Shown: one piece after another, positions 49,740 to 59,800 of the stretch
How positions within the stretch are numbered: the first letter of the stretch is position 1
How the letters are laid out: every line of letters starts with the position of its first letter
Source of the DNA: Actinomycetes bacterium
Lineage (GTDB): Bacteria > Actinomycetota > Acidimicrobiia > Acidimicrobiales > JAMCPL01
DNA: 64,000 nt
Assembly (NCBI GenBank): GCA_021841005.1
Contig: JAKBVZ010000036.1
Location: 33,933 to 97,932 of the forward strand
Reading direction: 5' to 3'
Made by a program: the position numbers and the translations under genes
Notes under the pieces: model-generated
The model's database searches: none
Told to the model about the DNA's origin: nothing
Seen by the model: the letters and a program-made list of their open reading frames with translations, nothing else

Positions 49740-50863
49740 GTAGCGCCACCGCCGCAGTTGCTACAACCTCAAGTACCAGTACAAGCAGTACCACGGGCTA
49801 TTTTCCTGTTTCTCCTTACCGCATAGTGGACACTCGATGTGCATAGGTTGCGGTAATCCCGAACCCATCATTTTGCTCAAGTGAGAAGTCTCTAGGTCAT
49901 AGCTTGGGTTTTGCACCTCTTACGGCAAGCGGGCCGGGATGGTCATGGCCGGTTACTGTGGACAACGTCCAACTGCCGAGTGGCCCCTCTCTCCAGTCTG
50001 TCTCCTGTCCAACGTCTTCTTTCGATACAGGTCATGCCTCACCTGCCCCCAGGTCAGGTCCTCTCCAGTCTGTCTCCCGTCCAACGCCTTCTTTCTGTAT
50101 GGCGGTAGACGGTAACGGCAACGCACTTAGCTATACTTCCACGTTCGCGCACCGGACAATCACCGCTCAGGTGGGTAACACTGGCGGGCCGTATCATGTT
50201 ACTGGGGTAGTCATGGACGTAACCGTAACCGGCGCAACCTCCGGAGGTTATCTGAGCGCATACCCAGCAGGGACAAAAGTGCCCATGGTTTCGAACTTGA
50301 ACTTTACATCGGGCGCAATCGTGGCGAACCGCATCATGGTCCCTCTTTCCTCAGCCAAGCTGTCAATTCACAACGGCTCCTCATCTACAGTAGATATCAT
50401 GCTGGATATAAACGGCATCTACACCACCAGCGTCACCGGAGCACTGTTTACCCCAAAGACTACCCCGGCACGCATATTGGATACCCGCTGTGCTGTCTCT
50501 CCGGCACCAGCGTTTTGCTCGACGGAGAACCTGCCAAGTCAGAATGCCGCCGTTGGAGCTGTCGGCCCTGATAGCTCGATTACATTCGATGTTGGGGGTA
50601 TCGCGGGCATACCCCTGAGCGCTACTGCAGTCGTTGCAAATCTGACCGCAGTCGCTCCCGTCGCTGGAGGTTATCTCACGCTTTATCCCGCGGGTGAGGC
50701 CCAGCCTCTAATATCCGATGTCAACTTTCATGCCGGCAGCATTGCAATACCGAACCTCGTAGTCGCAAAACTCGGATCTGGCGGGAAGGTCACGATTTAC
50801 AACGGCTCCCCTGGTACGGTCGAGGTGGTTCTGGACGTATTTGGATGGTACAGCACTTCTTAG
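49740..50863 (+). pseudogene. Degraded secreted/surface protein with actinobacterial PxRILDTR / NLTAV...GYLTLYP repeats
   Basis: An upstream fragment (GYFPVSPYRIVDTRCA*) is disconnected from ORF 49904-50863, which carries SVSCPT..FCMAVD and two C-terminal modules. Flanked by IS remnants. Confidence 0.65.
49989..50095. repeat. Repeat-insert-repeat unit 9 (35 + 37 + 35, period 72), in frame
   Basis: 49989-50023 and 50061-50095 CTCTCCAGTCTGTCTCC(T/C)GTCCAACG(T/C)CTTCTTTC. Confidence 0.92.
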
Positions 50864-50869
50864 TCCAAC

Positions 50870-51258
50870 TGGCGGATATGTATATATATGACCCTAACCA
50901 GGGTAGGAGCCGACTTCAAGGCATTGTGAAGCGACCTTGGATTACGTCCTATCTTCCATCACTCCATCTCGATCACGACGGCGCACTTTTTCATCTCAGT
51001 GCCCGCCTCTACCACCTACCGGCAGCGATCGAGGGGAGCCTTGCGGGCATTGGCGACAATCGCGAGTGGTCAACGATCAAAGAGATTCTTGCCACCCATC
51101 AACGCTCCACGATAGTCCTGGCCGAAGGTAAGGATCAGATCCACCACACAAGGGTTGCATCGACTCTTGCTCGGAGGCGAGATCATCTGGTGCAAACAAC
51201 GCGGATTCCTGGACAAGGGAGCCACCCCCATATGCTCCTACGTTGTGATATTCTTTGA
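50870..51258 (+). mobile_element. IS1634-like transposase C-terminal remnant (frameshifted)
   Basis: Across frames: DLGLRPIFHH...AHFFISV / YHLPAAIE...WSTIKEILATHQRSTIVL. Confidence 0.62.
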
Positions 51259-51289
51259 TGGTGATTGCTGACATGGCCAGAAGGATCTC

Positions 51290-52192
51290 GTGAGAGTTCT
51301 CGTTACTGGTGGAAGTGGCTTCATCGGGCGGGTATTGGTTGATAGGCTTTCTACGAGTGGACATGAGGTGCATCGTGTGGTGCGCGGCACTCCGGAAGCT
51401 GGCGAAGTCGGACTCGACCTTGGTGCCCACAAGATCGATTTATCGGGGTTGCCCGGCAACAGTCTGGATGGCATCGACGCAGCGATCAATCTGGCCGGCG
51501 AACCGATAACAGCATCCCGCTGGTCGGCGACCAAGCGTGAGCGTATCCGCTCCAGCCGGATACTGACCACAGATATCCTGGCTCGCGCTCTTACGACCTG
51601 TACTCCTGTTCCAAAGGTGCTGGTATCAGCGTCAGCGATAGGCTATTACGGCAATCGGAACGAGGAGGAGCTGGTCGAGGATAGCCCACCCGGCAAAGGA
51701 TTCCTTGCCGAGGTCTGTATTGGCTGGGAAGCCGCTACCAGGCCAGCCGAGGAGCACGGCATCCGTGTCGTGAAAGTACGAACCGGGATCGTGCTCGGCC
51801 GTGGCAGCGGCGCCCTCGCTGCCCAGGTACGACTTTTCAAACTTGGGATGGGAGGTAAGCTGGGCAGGGGTCAACAGTGGATGAGTTGGATCGCTCTCGC
51901 AGATGAGGTACGGATCTTCCTATACGCCCTCGAACAGGAGAGTCTCTCGGGTCCAGTCAACGCGTGTGCACCTCACCCTGTGCGTAATTCAGAGTTTACC
52001 AAGGTACTCGCTTCAACGCTTGGTAAGCGCGGCATGCTCGGTGTGCCGGCAGCCGTACTGCGCCTAGCCCTTGGTGAGGTAGCTGACGAGATGCTGCTTA
52101 CAAGCCAGCAGGTACAGCCGAAGTGCCTACAGGATGCGGGATTCCGTTATGAGATAGACCATGTTGGCGAGGCGATCTTCGCTGCACTTTAG
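51290..52192 (+). CDS. TIGR01777 family oxidoreductase (YfcH-like)
   Basis: TGGSGFIG, NLAGEPI, SASAIGYYG, RTGIVL, GQQWMSWI, GPVNACAP. Confidence 0.93.
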   Translation: MRVLVTGGSGFIGRVLVDRLSTSGHEVHRVVRGTPEAGEVGLDLGAHKIDLSGLPGNSLDGIDAAINLAGEPITASRWSATKRERIRSSRILTTDILARALTTCTPVPKVLVSASAIGYYGNRNEEELVEDSPPGKGFLAEVCIGWEAATRPAEEHGIRVVKVRTGIVLGRGSGALAAQVRLFKLGMGGKLGRGQQWMSWIALADEVRIFLYALEQESLSGPVNACAPHPVRNSEFTKVLASTLGKRGMLGVPAAVLRLALGEVADEMLLTSQQVQPKCLQDAGFRYEIDHVGEAIFAAL

Positions 52193-52701
52193 CCTTTGCT
52201 GGTTGCGTTGTGTTCAGGTGGTTTGCAAAGTCGCGATCGACCAGGGTGTTCGTACATCGGGGTTCGGACGTTCGCCCAAGCCAGGAAGCGTATTTCGGGG
52301 ACCTTGCCAATACCCCGCGTTGCGTTCCTTGCTGAACTCGAGAATACTCACGATGGATCATGTGGCACGATACGTTGGATGCTTTGCCCAAGCGGGCAAG
52401 CGTGCTGGTGCGATGGATCCTTTGTGATCATCTGATGGTATCAGTGCCAGTGTGCCTGGTCGCATGAGCTGCAATATACTAGTCCCTGACGATGCAGCCC
52501 GTACTGGACAACGCGAATGAAGTGCGCGATAATAGCACTATTGGGGCTGCTTCGCGTGAACATGCAGGTTTTGTGCAACTTCAGCCAAGCAGTGGAAAGC
52601 GTATGCGGGGCCTTAAGTGTTTTGCACTACCTGTTCTATCCATATAATATAAGCGTTAAACAATTTAGTTGTTACAAAATGTATAGGGAAGTGATGTTAA
52701 A

Positions 52702-52953
52702 ATGACCGTCCAGACTGGCATGGCTTGGCGCAAGCAGGCTGCATGCCGTGGTATGAGTACTGTGATCTTTTACCCGGACCCCGAGGGGCCAGAGGAAGAC
52801 ATTACATCTGCCAAGGCAGTCTGTGAACAGTGTCCAGTTAGAGAGACCTGTCTCGAGCATGCCCTCACCAATCGTGAGCGTTACGGGATATGGGGCGGTA
52901 CCACGGAGCGGGAACGCAGGAGGATCATCCGCCAGAGACGTAAGTCTGCATGA
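52702..52953 (+). CDS. WhiB family transcriptional regulator
   Basis: Four Cys (AAC...CEQCPVRETC) and GIWGG. Confidence 0.95.
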   Translation: MTVQTGMAWRKQAACRGMSTVIFYPDPEGPEEDITSAKAVCEQCPVRETCLEHALTNRERYGIWGGTTERERRRIIRQRRKSA

Positions 52954-54029
52954 AACCGATGCCGGCATCGGAAGGTGGTTTGGGAAAGTTCGAATCTGCC
53001 GACTGGCCCGGTGTCCTTGCCAAGTTGCTGAAAGGCATCGACCTGGAAGAATGGGAGGCCCGAGAACTAATGGGGTGGGTTCTTGCTGGAAAAGCAACTC
53101 CTGCCCAAATGGGGGCATTGCTGATTGCGCTGAAAAGCAAAGGGGAATCAGCGGAGGAGATGTACGGTTTTGTACAGGCCATGCTGGATGTAGCGGAGAG
53201 GGTAGATCCAGGCTATACGGTACTGGATACCTGCGGTACTGGAGGGGATGGTACCGGCACTATCAATATCTCCACCATTGCAGCGTTTGTGGCGGCGGGA
53301 GCAGGTGCGAAGGTGTGTAAACATGGAGGCAGGGCGGCATCCTCTCAGGCAGGCTCAGCTGACTTGCTGGAAGAGCTTGGGGTGGTGATAGATCTGGACG
53401 CCGCCGGAGTCAGTAGATGTATAGATGAAGCGGGTATGGGGTTCTGTTTCGCTCCTGCGTTCCATCCTGCCATGCGCCATGCCGCGCCTGTACGCAGGGA
53501 GTTGGGCGTGCCCACCGTATTCAACCTCTTGGGGCCGCTGGCTAATCCTGCCGTAGATGTCCGTCAAGTACTTGGAGTGCCCGCGGTGGATGCATTGCAG
53601 AAGATCGGTCAGGTTCTCTCCCGCAAAGGTTGCGATAGAGCCATGGTTGTCCGCGGGGACGATGGGATGGATGAACTCTCACTTTGCTCACCGAGTACCG
53701 TGCTCGAAATCACGGAAGGTGGTGAGATAACGCACTTCGAGTTACACCCGGGCGATTTCGGTCTCGAGCTGGTTCCACCGGAAGCCATCAAGGGTGGTGA
53801 CGTAAAGCGCAATGCCGAGATAGCTCTGTCAGTGCTGTCAGGCGAGAAGAGCGCCTACAGAGACGTGGTGGTCCTGAATGCTGCTGCAGCTATTGTGGTG
53901 GCGGGGCTGGCTGCCAGTTTCGAAGAGGGCATAGAGCTGTCGGTTACAGTGCTGGGCGAAGGTCGCGCTCAAAGTGTTCTGGACAATCTCGTCAGGTTGT
54001 CGCACCAGATTGCTGCCGGCAAGCGGTAA
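52950..54029 (+). CDS. trpD: Anthranilate phosphoribosyltransferase
   Basis: DTCGTGGDG, NIST, KHGGRAASS, FHPAM, FNLLGPLANP, GMDE. Confidence 0.96.
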   Translation: MKPMPASEGGLGKFESADWPGVLAKLLKGIDLEEWEARELMGWVLAGKATPAQMGALLIALKSKGESAEEMYGFVQAMLDVAERVDPGYTVLDTCGTGGDGTGTINISTIAAFVAAGAGAKVCKHGGRAASSQAGSADLLEELGVVIDLDAAGVSRCIDEAGMGFCFAPAFHPAMRHAAPVRRELGVPTVFNLLGPLANPAVDVRQVLGVPAVDALQKIGQVLSRKGCDRAMVVRGDDGMDELSLCSPSTVLEITEGGEITHFELHPGDFGLELVPPEAIKGGDVKRNAEIALSVLSGEKSAYRDVVVLNAAAAIVVAGLAASFEEGIELSVTVLGEGRAQSVLDNLVRLSHQIAAGKR

Positions 54030-54287
54030 CGGACTCTTTGTACTGTCCAGCGATACCATTCGTCACGCAGCCAAGTGGTAACGCTGTATTGGTTTGTAAC
54101 CGCTGGTGGACATCGCCGTCGATCTTCCTCGTGGCTTTTTTCCTCGTGGCTTTCTTCACATGGCTTGCGGAGCACGTCGGGTCAACATCGTAGGCAGACG
54201 CGTAGAGTCGCATTTCCTGAATCCAAGACGATCCGGCGATGTCGATCGCGTGTAGCACGGCTCGGATTGCTGGTAACCTTGAATCGT

Positions 54288-54521
54288 ATGAACCAAACAC
54301 GTTATCGCTGTACAGGATGTGGCAACTTGACCCGGTTCGATGTCGTGACTGACATACGTAGCAAGTCTTATTACCACTATACGGTTGGAGGGGAGTTGCA
54401 CATAGAGGATGAGGTTGTCATCTCCAAGGAAGTGGTAGATATAGCTTGCCGGTGGTGTGGTCCGGGAATTGCAATAGAGGAGGTCGAGGTTCCCTATGCA
54501 GAGATTGCAGGAGCGGATTAG
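54288..54521 (+). CDS. Small conserved actinobacterial zinc-ribbon-like protein
   Basis: YRCTGCGNLTRFDV...CRWCG. Confidence 0.75.
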   Translation: MNQTRYRCTGCGNLTRFDVVTDIRSKSYYHYTVGGELHIEDEVVISKEVVDIACRWCGPGIAIEEVEVPYAEIAGAD

Positions 54522-54568
54522 GGCGGCGGCTCCATAAGTTGCCTCTAGGTCTTCCGGGATACTTCAGG

Positions 54569-56473
54569 GTGGGGGCGCTTCGGACGCGCCTCTGGGTGCC
54601 TGTGCTGGTGGCTGCAATGCTACTGATCAGCGGATGCAGTGTGCCCGGGCAGCACCATACAAGGCAAAACACTGCTTCATCTGTGCCTGTGAAGCTGGTG
54701 AAAGAGAGAAGTGCGCAGATGAACATCGTAGTTGGTCAGGTGCCTATGGCATTAGACAGTCACCTGCAGTCCGGTCATAGTGAAGCGATAAGGATGGTGG
54801 ACTCGCTGATATGGCCGTCGCCTTTCGTCGTAATGCCAGGCAGCATTCCACAGCTGGATACCCTGGTTACAACGAGCGCTGTGGTGGTCCACTTGAATCC
54901 GGAGACGGTTGTCTACACGATCAATCCGGCAGCGACTTGGTCTGATGGTGTGCCGATTACAGCAATGGACTTTATACGGCTGTGGAAAACCGTTATAGCC
55001 AGTGATAAGTTCAGGCCGGATACTGGATACAGGGACATAGCTTCTGTTGCGAGTACGTCCGGAGGCAAAACAGTGACAGTGGTGTTTTCGAAGCCTTATG
55101 GCGAATGGAACAGCCTGTTCAACAACCTCATCCCTGCCGGCCTGTACGCTTCCACCTCCACCTCCGCGCCGTTATCCGGCCCCACCTCCGCCACCTCTAC
55201 ACTTTCCACTGGCGCAACCAGTGCCACAGGGGCGCCAGCTACTGCAGTGCCTGCCACGCCCGGCACGCCCTCGGTCTGGCGGTTTCCATCTCTCGGGAGT
55301 ACGGCAATCGCCAGCGCCGCCCGCCCACTTGTTTCGGGTGGCCCTTTCCAGGTGATAGGTTTCACGCCCGGTCAGGAAATAATACTGGATCGCAATCCCC
55401 ACTGGTGGGGTCCAGTCCCCGCTGTATCGTACATTACCATCCGGAGCGCCGGTAGCGGATCGGGTGTGACAGGTACTCTGGGTTCTTCATCTTACGACTT
55501 GGCATACCTCGATAACTTTGGGCAGTCTTCGCTCGCGCAGGCGACGACGCAAGCGAATGCAACAAGCTTCGTAAAGGATGGTGATACAACAATGCAGATT
55601 CTCTTCAACCTTGCATCGCGATCGCTGACTGGATCGTTACCCTTCAGAACAGGGCTCGCAAGCCTGATCGATCGTCCAGCCATAGTATCGCAAGTGGTCA
55701 ATCCCATCCTGCCTGGGAGTAAGCCTGCCGACAATTTTCTATATGCCAATGGCCAGCCAGGATATGTTGCGGATGGCGCAGGATACAACCACCCTCACCC
55801 TCGTCGTGCTGCCGATATTTTCCAGGCGTTGGGCATGCGCCAAGTTGCGGGGAAAGGGCCAGGTGCAGGTTACTGGTTACTGAATGGCGTACCCGTGGTA
55901 CTGAACATCGCATGGGATGTGAATGACCCGTGGGCCGAACAGTCAGGCCCACTTATAGCGTCGGAGTTGTTTGCCGCTGGCTTTACGGTGAGGACCATGC
56001 CGGTATCGGGAACCATGCTGCTTAGAGATGTATTGCCATCCGGTGGATACAACATTGCTCTTATGCCGGTGAGAACCAGCCCATTCCCATCACGGATGGA
56101 AGGGTCCTACATGCCCTTACCAGTCCATTCCGTACCGAGCGGCAGTGTCTCGGTGCTTGCGCCGCCACAGAGATACCCGGAGTACGGCGATGGGCTGCGT
56201 CAAGACCTGAATAGCTTTTACGATCCTGCGGTGGGTATCCTTTTTTCACAAGCGGAGAGACATATGAATCCCATGAGGTCAGCACCGGTATACCGGCAGA
56301 TCGACGAGTTGCTGTGGCACGATATGCCTTCGTTGCCGCTGTTTACAGTTCCTGTGCTTACGGTATATAGGAATTGGATCGCAGGGATAGGAAGTGACGT
56401 AAGCGGATCGGGGCCATTCTTCGATATCTCCGAATGGCAGCTGTTTGCAGCTGTTCCGGACCACAAGTCGTAA
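54569..56473 (+). CDS. ABC transporter family 5 substrate-binding lipoprotein
   Basis: Lipobox LISGC, INPAATWSDGVPITAMDF, SGGPF, RNPHWWG. Start uncertain; no permease genes adjacent. Confidence 0.85.
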   Translation: MGALRTRLWVPVLVAAMLLISGCSVPGQHHTRQNTASSVPVKLVKERSAQMNIVVGQVPMALDSHLQSGHSEAIRMVDSLIWPSPFVVMPGSIPQLDTLVTTSAVVVHLNPETVVYTINPAATWSDGVPITAMDFIRLWKTVIASDKFRPDTGYRDIASVASTSGGKTVTVVFSKPYGEWNSLFNNLIPAGLYASTSTSAPLSGPTSATSTLSTGATSATGAPATAVPATPGTPSVWRFPSLGSTAIASAARPLVSGGPFQVIGFTPGQEIILDRNPHWWGPVPAVSYITIRSAGSGSGVTGTLGSSSYDLAYLDNFGQSSLAQATTQANATSFVKDGDTTMQILFNLASRSLTGSLPFRTGLASLIDRPAIVSQVVNPILPGSKPADNFLYANGQPGYVADGAGYNHPHPRRAADIFQALGMRQVAGKGPGAGYWLLNGVPVVLNIAWDVNDPWAEQSGPLIASELFAAGFTVRTMPVSGTMLLRDVLPSGGYNIALMPVRTSPFPSRMEGSYMPLPVHSVPSGSVSVLAPPQRYPEYGDGLRQDLNSFYDPAVGILFSQAERHMNPMRSAPVYRQIDELLWHDMPSLPLFTVPVLTVYRNWIAGIGSDVSGSGPFFDISEWQLFAAVPDHKS

Positions 56474-56637
56474 TCCTGAGACGTTGGCGCCAAGCCAGGT
56501 GCCCATAGTGCCCAGGGACAGCCGAAACGTCGCCTCAACCAGGAAGGATGCTCGTATACGGCGATTGTGATATGATGCTGCAGGAGGCCGAAACGTCAAC
56601 CGGCTCGGCCTGTAACATACCACAGTGATATTTACCG

Positions 56638-56721
56638 GTCGGAGTGGCGGAATAGGCAGACGCGCCAGCTTGAGGGGCTGGTGCCCGCAAGGGCGTGGGG
56701 GTTCAAGTCCCCCCTCCGACA
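56638..56721 (+). tRNA. tRNA-Leu(GAG)
   Basis: Acceptor stem GTCGGAG/CTCCGAC, anticodon arm CCAGC-TTGAGGG-GCTGG, long variable arm GCCC-GCAA-GGGC, T loop TTCAAGT. Confidence 0.95.
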
Positions 56722-56803
56722 CCGCTACGGCACATCAAGGTCGATCATCACAGCACCATCCAATCGGAAAATTCCCCTGCATCTATTTCCGGCTGTCAAG
56801 CTA

Positions 56804-59800
56804 TCACCTTACTGTAACTGGCGGACTCGCAATCACATAGTTCCCAGTAGGAAAGTAAAATGTAAGGTAAACCTGGTGCACGCTCCCTGGCGAGAAGCTA
56901 GGTGTAATCGCCAGCCATCCGCTATCCGAAGAATAGCACGGCCCGGGACTGGTGGATGGAGCATCCCAGCTCTCACACCAGCCCGAGGACCACGGCGGAA
57001 AGTTGAACGACCATCTAACGGCATTAGGCGTGGACAGGCTGTTGGGCCCAGGATATACCTTCTCACCAGCTGCACCACTCCATCCGATAGCAAGCGGCGA
57101 CATACTCAAATTTACTCCTACCGGAGGACTCTGGACTACTGCTCGCGTACCATTTGGCCAGTAGAAGGTAAGAAATACATATTGAGAATACCCTGGAGCG
57201 AAACTAGGTGTAATCGCCAGCCATCCGCCAGAAGATCCATAGCATGGCCCGGGGCTGGTGGATGGAGCATCCCAGCTCTGGCACCAGCCCGAGGACCCTG
57301 ACGGAAAGTTGAATGACCATGTAACGGCATTAGGCGTGGACGAGCTGTTGGGCCCAGGATATACCACCTGCCCAGCCGCACCTCCCCAGCTGACGGGCAC
57401 CCAGGGAGTGGTGATCGTGACTGGAGGACTCTGGACAATCGCTCGCGTACCGTTTGGCCAGTAAACGGTAACATACACTTCATGCTGGCCGACACTCATC
57501 CCGTTTGTGGATAGCCACCCAGCCTGATATTCGCCTGAGCTGCCGCCATAGCATGGCCCGGAGCTGGTGGATGGAGCATCCCAGCTCTGGCACCATCCAT
57601 CAGATCCGGGTGGGATCCAGAAATACCACGTCACATTTGGACCGGGAACGTTGGTCTGCCCTGCCGCACCTCCCCAGTGGACATCGACCCAGGGCCCACC
57701 GTATCCAGGCGATATTGTGACCGGACCACTTTCAGCAACGCCCCTCGTACCGTTTGGCCAGTAAACCGTAACGAATACATGATGGACGCCCGGACTCAAA
57801 CCGTTGGTGGCCAGCCATCCCCCTTGCCAGGAATTAGCCGGAGCATTAATTGCAAAGCACGGCCCGGGGCTGGTGGATGGAGCATCCCAGCTCTGGCACC
57901 AGCCATTGGATCCGGGTGGAAGGTAGAATTGCCATTGCACCTTGTTGTTTGGGGAAGGATTGGTGATCTGGCCAGAGGCGCTAGGCCACAATGTCTCCCA
58001 GTGAACATTGATCCAGGGTCCACTGTACCCGGGCGTAATTGTAACCGCAGGACTCTTTGCTACAACGCTGGTGCCATCTGGCCAGTAGAAGGTCAAGAAC
58101 GCAGTGTGCAGACCAGGGGCCATCCCATTGGTGGACAACCAGCCTGATCCGTCCGCACTGGGATAGCACGGCCCGGGGCTGGTGGATGGGGCATCCCAGC
58201 TCTGGCACCAGCCATCTGATCCAGGTGGAGAATTGAATGACCATGTCACGAGAGGACCGTTGGGACCAGGAGGACCAGGAGGACCAGCAGTGACAGCCTG
58301 CCCTGCCGCACCTCCCCAGTGGACATCGACCCAATCCACTCCCCAAGTTCCAGCTCCAGTCGGTATGGTAACTGGAGGGCTTTCAACCACTGCCCGTTGC
58401 CCGTTGGGACCATAGAAGGTGAGATAAACTTCATGTATGCCCACGCTCAATCCATCCGTGGACAACCAGCCTGCTCCGTCCGCAGTGGGATAGCACGCCC
58501 CCGGGCTGGTGGATGGGGCATCCCAGCTCTGGCACCATCCAGTAAGTCCGAGCGGAGAGACGAAGGACCATGTAACGAGCGGACCGGAGCTTGTCAACTG
58601 CCCTACGGCAGCGCCTCCCCAGGTTACCGTTGGAACGGCCATTGCAGGCTGCGCCATGGAGTACTGTGTTTGAACTTGCGCACTGGACATCTGGTAAGGG
58701 AAAACAGCTACCTGGCTTATCTTGCCTATAAAGGGCATAAGCGAACTGCATCCATAAGTGTGCGGCCAGCATATGCCTGGGAGCTCCCCTATGCGCCAGT
58801 ATCCACTGTAGCCGGCCTGTCCCTGCGTGGTGCTATTCGAAGCAACCAGAGCACCATCAAGGTAAAGCTGCATACCGGATGGACCAAGGGACGCAACGGC
58901 AAAATGCCACTGGAGATCGGTCACTGGTGCAGGCGACGACAGCTCAACATAATTATTGATAGCCAGATTCCACACTCCGAAGTGCAGATGCCCGCCCGGG
59001 CCCACCCACAGCATCTTGCCATTTTCACTCGTTAGGCCAACTGGACCGTTGCCGAAGCCCATGATGCCACCGGGCATATTTGTCTTAAACCAGGCTTCAA
59101 TCGTGACAGTGCTGGGATTGGTCTGTTGAGCGCTGGTCGCAATGCCCCAAGAAGAATTCCATGGGGCCCAGGACGGTAGTGCGCTGAAATCAAGAGATGA
59201 CTCGGTCGGGTTGCATCCCACCGGGGAATACCCGCTACTCGACAATCCTCCCTGACCATAGCCGTAATTAGCCCAGTTGTTGTTGCCCCAGGGGGTATCT
59301 GGCGGTACTGGACCATTGCTTGTACTGGCAGAGTTGAAGAAAACAGGACCGCTTCCATTCCCACTATTAGGCAGGTCGTTATTTTGATCGTCCAGTCTCC
59401 AGTAGAAACTTGGAGACAAGATATTGGACACGTAATTGGAGTAGCAGTAGTCGGAAGCAGCCAGTGTGGTGCTTGCCTGCCCCATCCGCGCAGAACTGGG
59501 AATCCCGCTTGAAGGCGTACTCGCCGCGGCATACTCCTTTTGCAGGTCAGATTGCGACAGCGCACTGGAAAACAGCGCTACTTGCCCTACGTCACCCTGA
59601 AGGTAGTCACCATTGTAAGCAGGGTCATAGCCTATCGCCACAGGGTATGGAGATGCAGCTATTGCTCCTCCATTCCAGTTATTAGAGGCGACAAGCTGCC
59701 CGTCGATATAGGAATTGATGCTGCTTCCATTGTAGACACCCGCATAGAAATACCACTGCTTGAGTAATAGCGGATTCGACAGGCTCCAGACCGCCTTGCC

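Noticed and set aside
56515-56605. GCCGAAACGTC repeated before tRNA-Leu(GAG)
   Set aside because: Only about 11 bp match with period 66; too weak to count. Similarly weak candidates near 10331, 21219 and 35442 were excluded.
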